Shown here: positions 28,740 through 39,464 of the stretch, piece after piece
How the letters are laid out: each line of letters begins with the position of its first letter
Position numbering within the stretch: position 1 is the first letter of the stretch
Origin: Eledone cirrhosa
Taxonomy: Eukaryota
Direction of reading: 5' to 3'
Length of the DNA stretch: 64,000 nt
Assembly: GCA_964016885.1 (NCBI GenBank)
Contig: OZ024744.1
Coordinates: 84,568,001-84,632,000 of the forward strand
The notes under the pieces: generated by a model
Told to the model about the DNA's origin: nothing
The model's input: the letters and a program-made list of their open reading frames with translations, nothing else
Database searches by the model: none
Position numbers and translations under genes: made by a program

Positions 28740-28741
<2 letters not shown>
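26786..28741 (+). mobile_element. 5'-truncated CR1-group (CR1/L2-like) LINE inserted in (TA)n
   Basis: Begins right after a short TA run and ends in a short repeated tail (atttcaaagttattcaaagtt) followed by (TA)n. Contains the RT ORF. Confidence 0.88.
26832..28655 (+). CDS. Non-LTR retrotransposon reverse transcriptase (ORF2 C-terminal part)
   Basis: Motifs NYRPISLTS, QHGFR, YLDFSKAFDRV, SGVPQGTVLGPLLF, FADD, RPHLEYCCPLWSP and LYSLQRRRER. No stops over ~590 codons. Upstream homology (AIEKIKLNPKVFFSFAKK) is in another frame, shifted at the A-run ~26875-26882. Confidence 0.93.
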   Translation: MRRSNSIPKCSFHLQKKHKITGSTVGPLIDENGTLQDNAKTMGEILQKQYCSVFSNPDMADLGCIGNVTPHYTLSDITFGAPDVLAAIKEIKHNSAVGPDRFPARVLKACQHQLASPLANLWRNSLDAGYVPENLLSQSVVPVFKKGNKSLAVNYRPISLTSHIIKVFERVVRSRMTHFLESNNMLNSNQHGFRNGRDCLTQLLHHFDDILRALGEGSNTDVIYLDFSKAFDRVDHNILLRKLSNIGVTGKLLQWIKSFLSNRTQHVVVEGVKSSPAKVSSGVPQGTVLGPLLFIIYINDITDIIKHSNIKIFADDSKLQKVINGVDDRVSLQSDLLAVTQWAEKNNMLLNEDKFELIHFGKEDALKLPYSLPSGETLVASNNIRDLGVTVDSNISWTTHISSKVDMARRMCSWILRTFQSRDSRTVILLFSTFARPHLEYCCPLWSPHTKQSIMKLEAPQRAITKKIDGMSDLDYWGRLENLKLYSLQRRRERYIICMMWKMFHHHCPNDVGIAFKIHPRLGPRAIRPIQKSKSQLITTIRHNYFTSIGPALFNITPGHVKTETDHTKFKKSLDKFLQVIPDKPPTPGYVSANSNSLLEWAMVPKS

Positions 28742-28829
<88 letters not shown>

Positions 28830-28865
28830 ATACTTTGGGAGGGTCATGTTTCAAATTCAGAAACG

Positions 28866-28903
<38 letters not shown>

Positions 28904-28904
28904 G

Positions 28905-28946
<42 letters not shown>

Positions 28947-29513
28947 TCTGTATACATATACGAACATACATATATGTATACAGACCTACAGTAGTATGTA
29001 TATAGATACATACATGCACACATATATATATATGTACGTATGGATTCACCGAACATTTATTATAATGTTCGGTTTATAAACAAACAACACGAATTAAGCC
29101 GTACAGTGTTCGGCAACCATCGTTGCCCTTTTGTTCAACACTGATAAAGGAACGATGAACTAGTTTCTAGCTTATTAACTGTCATCAGCACCTTCCTGTC
29201 AATCGAGGGAACGTTTGAAAGTATACACTTTCCTTATGCATATTAACGGCTTATCAGCCTAATTTGCATATCGAGTGAGTTAGTCGGTCGGGTGTACCGA
29301 AAACAATAAATGGAAAAAAGGAAATTTCATTTCTCACTCTTAGTACGGCTGATACTTAAATATAAGTATGTATATGTACATACATATATATATACAGACG
29401 TACAGTAGCATGTATATACATACATACATGCACACATATATATATGTACGTATGGGTTTACCGAACATTTATTATGAGAAATGAAATTTCATTTTTTCCA
29501 TATATATATATAT

Positions 29514-30055
29514 ATAAAATATAAAAAAAATAATGAATAAAACAATGAAACAGTTCCTTATATTAAACAAAAAAAGTTCATTATTTAACGATCGTTTCTA
29601 GGACATATATGTGTTAGAATTGGCATGCATATTCAAAAGATCTATGTACAAAATTATACAAAATTATACAAACTATCAAATAGAATATACATATGCCGTC
29701 TTCAGAAATATTATTTCTGAAGACGGCATATGTATGTGTTGGTATGTATATTCTATTTGATAGTTTGTATAATTTTGTATAATTTTGTACATAGATCTTT
29801 TGAATATGCATGCCAATTCTAACACATATATGTCCTAGAAACGATCGTTAAATAATGAACTTTTTTTGTTTAATATAAGGAACTGTTTCATTGTTTTATT
29901 CATTATTTTTTTAATATTTTATCTTGACTCTGTATTCCGTTTATCTTTCACCGAAAGTGATTTTTGAATGCATCTCTTCTTTCCATGATATCCGGATTAC
30001 ATTGAGTTCTTCATACGGATTGGACACTACCGTAAACTTTTGGTAGATTTATCTA
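29514..30055. mobile_element. (TA)n-flanked ~400-bp palindrome plus tail, HHR-bearing
   Basis: Axis at cttcagaaatattatttctgaag (~29700-29722) with arms spanning 29514-29922. The tail carries attgagttc (~30001). Sister copy at 32708-33232. Confidence 0.9.
29711..29855 (+). ncRNA. Hammerhead motif with ~115-nt extended stem II
   Basis: TTATTT-CTGAAGA-[cGGCATATGTATGTG..TTGGTATGTATATTC / GAATATGCATGCCAA..CACATATATGTCCta]-GAAAC-GATC-GTT-AAATAA. Perfect 6-bp stem I and palindromic GATC stem III loop. Confidence 0.78.
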
Positions 30056-30086
30056 CATATATATATATATATATTTGTCACATCGT

Positions 30087-30175
30087 CAGTCTGAAGAGCA
30101 GATCGATAGTGTAGTCGCGTCCATAACTCCTATGGGTGACCCTTGAGCCAATCCTCTGCGAAACGCGCGTAACAG
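30087..30175 (+). ncRNA. Type I hammerhead motif, PLE-type minimal stem III
   Basis: cagt-CTGAAGA-GCAGA...TCTGC-GAAAC-GCGC-GTA-acag. Stem II base is perfect and stem I is weak. Confidence 0.72.
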
Positions 30176-30681
30176 GTACACAATAGATATCATATACATG
30201 TAAACGAAACTTCCTCGTTTTTTTTTTTGTTTTTGATTGTTTGTTTTTCCTAATATACGGTGACACCGAGCCTCCGAAATCTTCCTTGATGACATCTAAA
30301 CATCTGGCGCGGGACCTGCCGCGGGGCATCAGCCAGCCTGTAGCTGTTGCGTCGAACAAGAGTAAGGCCCTGATAGGATGTTCTGGTGTGTGAGTGGGGG
30401 GGGGGGGGGGCTGAGGACAGTAAAAAAGAAGTAAAAAGAATGGAAGAGGAGAAAGAGTGTCAGTAACAGCTATTCATCCCGTTCCGTCCACCGCCACCCT
30501 ATAACAATACACATACACACTCATATATTTCCCCCCCCCCCCACACACACACGATTCGCGCGCGCGCACACACACATACACGCAGACGCGGAAAACACAC
30601 ATACAAACACACACACGCCCATACACACACGCACGCCCATACACACACACACACAAACACACATGCATGCACACACAGACG

Positions 30682-30717
<36 letters not shown>

Positions 30718-30879
30718 CCCGTAAACTCACATGCACACGCACGCACATCCGTACATTCACACACATACACACATTCATACACTCGCACACGTATCTACTA
30801 CATTCAACGATACTTTCTAAAAGGGTTAAAAGGAACTGTTGTTGTTGTTGGTGCGGTTATCGTTGCAATAGCAGCAGCA

Positions 30880-30888
30880 GTAGTAGTG

Positions 30889-30971
<83 letters not shown>

Positions 30972-30974
30972 TTA

Positions 30975-31035
<61 letters not shown>

Positions 31036-31038
31036 TTA

Positions 31039-31080
<42 letters not shown>

Positions 31081-31084
31081 CAGC

Positions 31085-31159
<75 letters not shown>

Positions 31160-31162
31160 TTA

Positions 31163-31211
<49 letters not shown>

Positions 31212-31214
31212 TTA

Positions 31215-31252
<38 letters not shown>

Positions 31253-31357
31253 ATAGTAGTAGTAGTAGTATTGATGGTGGTGGTGGTGGTGGTAGCGCTG
31301 GTAGTAGTAGTAGTTGTAGTAGTAGTAGTAGTATTGATGGTGGTGGTGGCGGCGCTG

Positions 31358-31412
<55 letters not shown>
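30880..31412. repeat. (TAG)n microsatellite tract
   Basis: Long TAG runs with short GGT interruptions. Confidence 0.97.
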
Positions 31413-31413
<1 letters not shown>

Positions 31414-31926
31414 CCATTGTTTGTCCCTCTTTCATACATACAGACACATGCAATCACTCACACACGCACACACACTCATACATACACACATACGTGCATA
31501 CATACACATACACATATACATACATATATACATACATACGCACATACATACACACACATACGTACATGCATACATACATATACACACACACACATTCATA
31601 CATGCATACATACCTACATGCATACATACACACGTGCTTACACACACATACATACAAATACATATATGCATACATACATACACACATGCTTACACACACA
31701 GATACATACATACATATATACACACACACACATACATATATACACACACACATACATATATACATACACACACATACATACATACACACACATACATACA
31801 CTTAGACACACACATATAGACACACATACGTTCACACACTCAAACACACAGATACGCACGAACAGGCAGTGCATTAGCCAACGTGGAAAGAGGTGGAATC
31901 TCATTTATATATATGTGTGTGTGTGT

Positions 31927-32090
<164 letters not shown>

Positions 32091-32163
32091 TCTTGTGTGG
32101 TCTCGTGGGTAATCACAATTAAATAAAGTACTCAATATGTAGATAGGGCATCTTTATTATATA

Positions 32164-32469
32164 CTAGCAGTGTATCCCGGCGTTGCACGGGTAAGAACAT
32201 TGGTAATAGCACCTCCAATGGGAAACGTTTATTTGTGAGTGCCTGTTAAAAAGTCACGAAAATATACCGACAGGAAACTTGTATCATCTGGATTGCCGAA
32301 TTAAATGACAAAAGAGACTTAAAGTTTTAGTGAAAAAAACGCCTTTAACAACAGAAAATCGAAAAATAGTCAATACCTTTAGATCGCAAGGAATATATAA
32401 ATGCAAGTTTGAAGTCAATCGGAGTAGAAATGTGGATTTGTATAAGCTTTGCCGAAATGCCAAAACTAA

Positions 32470-32508
<39 letters not shown>

Positions 32509-32533
32509 CCTCAGTTTTATATAGATATATAGA
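32164..32533 (-). mobile_element. Non-autonomous Helitron
   Basis: The minus strand starts TC(TATA...) and ends with the hairpin CCCGTGCAACGCCGGG, 8 nt, then CTAG. Inserted between A and T with no TSD. Confidence 0.75.
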
Positions 32534-32682
32534 TATAAATGACTTCTACGAATGAAAGAGTTCTAGTCCTGTAAAAGTCATTTCTATAAATAATATATAT
32601 ACTCACACATTCATATACATGTATATATATAATATATATACATTATATATATTATATATATACCTTACCACACTTCTTTCGT

Positions 32683-32707
<25 letters not shown>

Positions 32708-32713
<6 letters not shown>

Positions 32714-33229
32714 TAATAAAATAATGAATAAACAAAGAAACAGTTCCTTATATTAAAAAAATTCATCATTTTACGATCGTTTCTAGGATATATATGTGTT
32801 AGAGTTGGTATACATATTCTATAGATCTATGTACAATATTTATACAAACTATCAGAGGGAATATACATACCTACACATATATATGCTGTCTTCAGAAATA
32901 ATAATTATTTCTGAAGACAGCATATATATGTGTAGGTATGTATATTCCCTCTGATAGTTTGTATAAATATTGTACATAGATCTATAGAATATGTATACCA
33001 ACTCTAACACATATATATCCTAGAAACGATCGTAAAATGATGAATTTTTTTAATATAAGGAACTGTTTCTTTGTTTATTCATTATTTTATTAATTTATCT
33101 TGACTCTGTTTTCCGTTTATTTTTCACCGAAAGTAGTTTTTGAATGCATCTTCTCTTTTCATGATATCCGGATTACATTGAGTTCTTCATACGGATTGGA
33201 CACTACCGTAAACTTTTGGTAGATTTATC

Positions 33230-33232
<3 letters not shown>
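32708..33232. mobile_element. (TA)n-flanked ~390-bp palindrome plus tail, HHR-bearing
   Basis: Axis cttcagaaataataattatttctgaag (~32890-32916). HHR on + at 32905-33040 (CTGAAGA...GAAAC-GATC-GTA-AAATGA), with a mirror on the minus strand. Confidence 0.9.
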
Positions 33233-33284
<52 letters not shown>

Positions 33285-33408
33285 CGAAGGAAGTGTGGTA
33301 AGGTACCAGATGGACCATAACGCACCATAGCGCACCATAACGTGTCCAGAAATACCCGTCGAAACGGCTTGAGCTCTGCCGTCTGGGTCTTGAACATCTT
33401 CCTATATA

Positions 33409-34560
33409 TATATCCAAAATTAAGATAAATCAAAGTGAATTTAATCTAAATCAAAATTAATGCCAGAAAGGCATGCGCCATATCACCCGTAAAATAAGCT
33501 CCAAGATTCTAATGAATAGGTCCGAGCATTTTATAACAACTAGAAATTGATTAACATATAAATAAACATATGAAACAATCACAGGAGATAATTTTTACAA
33601 GTGTGTAACGTCACACAGCTAGGTAGGTAACTAAATAAAGTTAACTAGAACTTCAAAAATAGATACTTTATAATATGATTAATCTTCCTTGTATATATTC
33701 CATTAAAGAAATATATTTCACCAATTAATCGAATGGTAAACCACGGAGGCCGATACTTGGATTTTCAACAAGGTTTTCAACAAGGTTTACCATTCGATTA
33801 ATTGGTGAAATATATTTCTTTAATGGAATATATACAGGGAAGATTAATCATATTATAAGGTATCTATTTTTGAAGTTCTAGTTAACTTTATTTAGTTACT
33901 TACCTAGCTATATGTGCTTACACACTTGTAAAAATTATCCCCTGTGATTGTTTCATATGTTAATTTATATGTTAATCAATTTCTAGTTGTTATAAAATGC
34001 TCGGACCTATTCATTAGAATCTTGGAGCTTATTTTACGGGTGATATGGCGCATGCCTTTCTGGCATGACACCCATAATTTTGATTTAGATTAAATTCACT
34101 TTGATTTATCTTAATTTTGGATATAGATATATAAATACGGCTCCTTAATTGTAGAGCTAACTCTGTTGAAAGGACTTGATTGTTGTTTCTGGTTGTCGAT
34201 AACCCTATTCACGCCACTGGGACGAAGCTGGTATGATGTGTGTGTATTTAGTACATACAGCACGTGTTACTGGCCAGTCGCTGATTTGAACTTAATGCGA
34301 AAACACAGATGGCTGGACTTCTTCCTTGTTGAAAATCCAAGTACCGGCATCCGTGGTTTACCATTCGATTAATTGGTGAAATATATTTCTTTAATGGAAT
34401 ATACACAGGGAAGATTAATCATATTATAAGGTATCTATTTTTGAAGTTCTAGTTAACTTTATTTAGTTACCTACATAGCTCTGTGTGCTTACACACTTGT
34501 AAAATTTATCCCCTGTGATTGTTTCATATGTTTATTTATATGTTAATCAATTTCTAGTCG

Positions 34561-34562
<2 letters not shown>
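33409..34562. mobile_element. (TA)n-flanked element with ~340-bp inverted arms plus a partial direct repeat
   Basis: ~33409-33745 is inverted at ~33783-34127, and ~33783-33990 is repeated directly at ~34356-34562. No clear HHR. Confidence 0.8.
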
Positions 34563-34634
<72 letters not shown>

Positions 34635-34764
34635 GTGAGGTTTTTTTACAAAATGAAAAGTAACCGAGGTGTCCTATACGAGTGAAAGTATAAAGGAAAA
34701 AAGATGAAATCGAAAATGCAACTGGAGTCTTATTTAAAAAAAATATATATATATTTATTTGGTT

Positions 34765-34802
34765 CCTTTACCGGTTTCGCAGTTCTTCTGCTTTTCAAAG
34801 GT
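34765..34802 (-). ncRNA. Decayed hammerhead motif in a (TA)n-flanked repeat (34629-34850; related copy ~10430-10590)
   Basis: Minus strand: cct-TTGAAAA-GCAG-aagaa-CTGC-GAAA-CCGG-TA-aagg. The CUGANGA box is degenerate while the other elements are intact. Confidence 0.55.
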
Positions 34803-34855
34803 AGAGTTGAGATGGAGGGTCTGTGGTTTTTCTTACATCTGAGATAATATATATA

Positions 34856-34938
<83 letters not shown>

Positions 34939-35121
34939 TATATATATATTATAGAAATGGCTTCTACAGGACTAGAACTATTTCTTTCGAAGGAAATCAT
35001 CAGGAAAGCACTGTAGAAGCCATTTCTATTTTAAACATTATTTACTCTACTATGTATTGAGTACCTTACTTACTGTGATTAGCCGGTATACACAGACACA
35101 CACACACATATATATATATAT

Positions 35122-35391
35122 CAATAATATTAATAAATGGAAACTATCTTTATAAAACCATATTTATTTTATTATATATATTTCAAGGGTACCAACATTT
35201 TTGGTACGCACTCATCAGATAAAATATAAAAGTTGTTTTACAGATAGTGACATATTCAAAACACGAACTTATCGTTTATAAAGATAGTTTCCATTTATTA
35301 ATATTATTGATATTATACTCCAGAAGAAAACTGTTGAGTGCTTCTAATAAACTAAATTTGTTGAATAACCAAGAAATTAAATAACTCATTG

Positions 35392-35393
<2 letters not shown>
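35122..35393. mobile_element. (TA)n-flanked inverted-repeat element with an HHR (family of 21188)
   Basis: HHR on the minus strand at 35166-35225: ATTTTAT-CTGATGA-gtgcGTACCAA-aaatg-TTGGTACcctt-GAAA-TATATA-TA-ATAAAAT. The tail has gttgagtgct (~35333). Confidence 0.8.
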
Positions 35394-35483
<90 letters not shown>

Positions 35484-35486
<3 letters not shown>

Positions 35487-37405
35487 TTAAGTCGTTTGGA
35501 AGCCTCGACAATGCAAATGGGTAAATCTCCGGGTAACAAGATCCGGTGGTGGAGAGAGAGATGTAAGTGGGTGTACGTTGAGATGCGTGGTGTGTAAAGA
35601 TGTGTAAATGTGTAGAAGAAAGAAGGGAAGAGTATAAAGGATAAAATTAAAATAACAACACAAGAGAGAGTTACCTTGGGAGAGATTTAATAGTCCCTAT
35701 ATATTTCGGATTCACATCCATCAACTGGGGTTTTTTTTCCGGGGTAAAGGTTGTCTGTCGGACAGGTGCGAAACGCGTCCTCCGCTGTTTGTTGTTTTGA
35801 ATATCTGAGGTATTCGGCAGAGCGCGCGTGCGCGTGAAATGGGGTCGGTCGGGCAGAGGTCAGCGGCCGAATGAGGGAGTGGGTTGGCGCTAGCTGTCAG
35901 TCCATTCTCTGCCTGTTTGTTAAATGTTACTGTGTGTGTGTGTGTGCGTGTGTTGTTGTCTCGCTTGAGTGTGTGTGTGCGTGTGTAGCTGCCTTGTTCC
36001 TCTGTATTGGCAGTGTAGTATGTTCGTATGGTGGAATGCTACTGTGTGTGTGTGTGTAGTTGTCTCGTTTGTGTGTGCGTGTGTTATGTGTTGCTACATC
36101 GTTTGTTAACTTAAACCAGCCATCTCATTTCGCTTCTCTCTAATCGGTTGTTTATTTGCGGTTGCAGGCGTTTGATAAAAAGTGCTTCCTTGATACGTAA
36201 CGTGCCGACGTTTCTTTCAGTCGCTAGAATTGTGACAATGGGCCTTCCGTCTTTGTTTCCGCATTTGTCTATGTGTTTCCGGAAAGACGAGGCCCTGGTT
36301 TTAGTGTGTTCCTTGATCCGGATGTGCAAAGGTCGGATTGTGCTACCTATGTAGTATTGGTTGCACCTGTCACATTCTATCTTATACACGACGTATGTGC
36401 GTAGGCAACAGTTCGCATGGCGTATCGGGCAGTCTCTGAGAGACCATGCGTCAGTAGATTTCCCGGGTTTCTTGGAGAGACATCTTCGCAGGGAGGGGCC
36501 CGAGTGGGCCAGGTGGATGTCGAGGCCCTCCCTCCGTATAGCCTTGCGGATAGCGTTGGTGGTATTCTCGCCCAGATGTGGAATTTTAAGGAAGCACTTG
36601 CCTTGGGTGCCTCTCTGTCTCTTGTGTCTGGTGTCTCCTATTCTGTCTGTGATCGAGGTAGGGTACCCGTTCGTCTCCAGCACCCCGAGGAATCGCTTGG
36701 TATGAGTGACACCACTCGCGGGATCGCTGCATCTGTTTTTGATTCGCGCGATCTCATTCGTGATGTATCCTCTTCTGGCACTGTTAGGGAGGGCGGACTT
36801 GTAGTGAACGAACAGGTCCCTGCAGGCTGCCTTTCGGTAGAAGTTGCAGTGGATCCTTCCCTGTTCCGTGATGTTGATTCGGAAGTCGAGGAGGGCAAGT
36901 GACCCGTCTTCGTTGGGGTGTTCAACACTGAAGTCAATGTTCTCGTCCGTGTTGTTGAACGTCTCATAGATTCTGTTCGCCGTGTCTTGGGAAGATGTGA
37001 GGATGAGGATATCGTCCACGTACCTTGAGAAAAAGGCTACGGCGTTGGGGTGGCAGGCGTTGAGTGCCTTGCGTTCGAGGTTGTCCATGTAAGAGATCGC
37101 TAGCACACCTGATAGGCTTGATCCCATGGGAAATCCCGAGGTTTGTTGGTATGTTTGGTCAAGGAATCCGAAGTAGGTGTTGTCGACGACGATGGATAGG
37201 TGTTGGTGGATGTCAGTGGTGGTGAGCCCGAATCATTGTAGGTCGGTGGATTGTACGCGTTCCATTAGTATATTGACGGCCGGGAGTGCCGGGACCGAGG
37301 TGTAGAGAGCGACTACATCAAGGCTGAAGGCATATCTGTTATTCCTTCTGGTGTCGGGATCCATTTGATGCAGGCGCTTCAACACCTCCTCGGAGCTGTT
37401 AACGT
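35484..37405 (-). mobile_element. 5'-truncated Penelope-like retroelement
   Basis: RT plus C-terminal GIY-YIG ORF, then a 3' UTR, a decayed HHR at 35694-35730 (CCC-CAGTTGA-t-GGAT-gtga-ATCC-GAAA-TATA-TA-GGG) and (TA)n. Confidence 0.88.
36111..37405 (-). pseudogene. PLE RT-GIY-YIG polyprotein fragment (one in-frame TGA at 37233-37235)
   Basis: SLDVVALYTSVP, YQQTSGFPMGSSLS, RYVDD, LALLDF and FYRK (PLE RT), then VVYKIECDRCNQYYIGSTIRPLHIRIKEH and LRIKEALFIKRLQPQIN (GIY-YIG). ORFs 37233-37460 and 36111-37127 are in the same frame. Confidence 0.92.
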
Positions 37406-37682
37406 GTCTAGATCCCTTCTTCCTCCCGTTAGACCTGTACGGAATTCCTTCCTTGCTCACATTCCAACCAGATTTGATGGTCTTTATTCTCTCTCGTTCT
37501 CGATTTCACCGAACTTATATTCATGGAAATTTGGGACTTGACTCTTTCTTCCTCACTTCCTCACAGGTATATGGTCTTTAAAGCGATGAAATACCAATGA
37601 TGGTTGGAAGATCACTGATGAAGGACTAACTTTATTCATATATATATATATATATATAAACAATTCAATGAGATGAATTACT

Positions 37683-38358
37683 CAGAGAAGCAATATTATA
37701 TATTAAATTTAAGTGAGAAAAAAAAACTCACCTTATGGGAGCACAAACAAGATACACAAAAATATTTTATCTAAACTCACTTATATACATAGATCTCCCT
37801 CCCATGGTTTCGATTGCAGAAGAATTCTTATTGGAACCACCAATAATTGAAGAATCCGCAATACTCTTCAGGGGAGTTTACATTCTTCAAAAGCTAAGAG
37901 AAATATTGACCAAGATATAATACATACTGTTTCATTTACCGAGGCAGCATGCTGGAATAAAAAAACCCTGTTGTGTTACGTGTTCAAAACTTTCCTGACA
38001 TATTAGGACTATGTTACAAGCTTATAATGTTGCTTGAAATAGCAACCAAAAGAACGTCTGGTTCAACTAGACAAATTAAGGATTATTTTAATATTAATTA
38101 AAGGTTAACTAGTCTCTAATACTTAAACATCTCAATGGGAAGAATCATCCAGAGAAGCAATATTATATATTAAATTAAAGTGAGAAAAAATTCTGTTTAT
38201 GGGAGTACAAATGAGATAGACAAAAAATATTCTATTTAAACTCACTTATATATAGATCTCCCTCCCATGGTTTCGATTGCAGAAGAATCTTTATTGGAAC
38301 CACCAATAATTGAAGAATCTGCAATACTCTTCAGGGGAGTTTAAATTCCTCAAAAGCA
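37683..38358 (-). mobile_element. Direct-repeat pair (~210 bp, period 463 bp), each copy with an HHR-like motif
   Basis: Minus strand at 37795-37876 and 38258-38339: CTCCC-CTGAAGA-GtATTGC(G/A)GA...TCTGCAATC-GAAAC-CATG-GGA-GGGAG. Confidence 0.75.
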
Positions 38359-38440
38359 AGAATAACGCGGTCGTTCTACTCATATGGATTAAGAGACTGT
38401 TTGCATAATTGCAAACGAATCGAAGATTAATTATATATAT

Positions 38441-39118
38441 ATGAAGGACAAACTTTTTTCATATGTAACCCATTTGCAACTCCGCAGCGCCCTTATTATC
38501 ATATTTACACATATTTTTTCCTCTGCTGCTACCCGTCTTTTTCGTTCTATGTATCTTTACCCTTTCTAGCAGTCTCTCTCTCTCTCTCTGTTAGCCTCTT
38601 CCTCACCCTTCACTCACTCATTCTCTGTCACTACTTCTCCTCCTCCTCTTTCTTCCCGTTTGACCTGTGTGTAATTCTTTTCTCTCGCTCTTGGCCAAGC
38701 TGGTATGCATTTTTTTTTCTCTCTCTCGTCCACGATTTCACAGAACTTATGTTTACCGAATTCGCAGACCAGACCCCTTCTTCCTCCCGTTAGACCTTTC
38801 CGAAATCCTTCCTTGCTCACATTTCAACCAGGTTTGATGGTCTTTATTCTCTCGTTCACGATTTCACCGAATTTAAATTCATAGAAATCTGGGACTTGTC
38901 TCTTTCTTCCTCACTTTCTGTTGCTTCACCATTTTGTTTGTTTACCCTCGCGTCCCCTTTATTTACGTGTCCCAACGACTTTTTTTAGCCGTTGCTCGCA
39001 CCAACCGGAGGTATATGGTCTTTAAAGCGGTGAAATGCCTATGATGGTTGGAAGATCACTGATGAAGGACAAACTTTTTTCATATGTAACCCATTTGCAA
39101 CTCCGCAGCGCCCTTATT

Positions 39119-39124
<6 letters not shown>
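38441..39124 (+). mobile_element. (TA)n-flanked element with ~60-bp terminal direct repeats
   Basis: atgaaggacaaactttttt-catatgtaacccatttgcaactccgcagcgcccttattatcatat occurs at 38441 and ~39062. This is the longest copy of the 20712 family. Confidence 0.75.
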
Positions 39125-39153
<29 letters not shown>

Positions 39154-39293
39154 TGGAGTCCAGAAATAGCCGTCGAAACGGCCTGAGCTCTGCCGTCGGT
39201 GTCATACTTTTTCCTATTTCCCACTCTACTACCCTAAGTATTGAGTACTCTGGTGCGTTATGGTCCATTTGGTTCCTTACCACAATTCCTTTG

Positions 39294-39421
<128 letters not shown>

Positions 39422-39425
39422 TGAG

Positions 39426-39464
<39 letters not shown>

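Noticed and set aside
37585-37630. GAAA...CTGATGA in the five-copy family as a permuted (type II) hammerhead
   Set aside because: No stem II or stem I pairing could be found in any copy.
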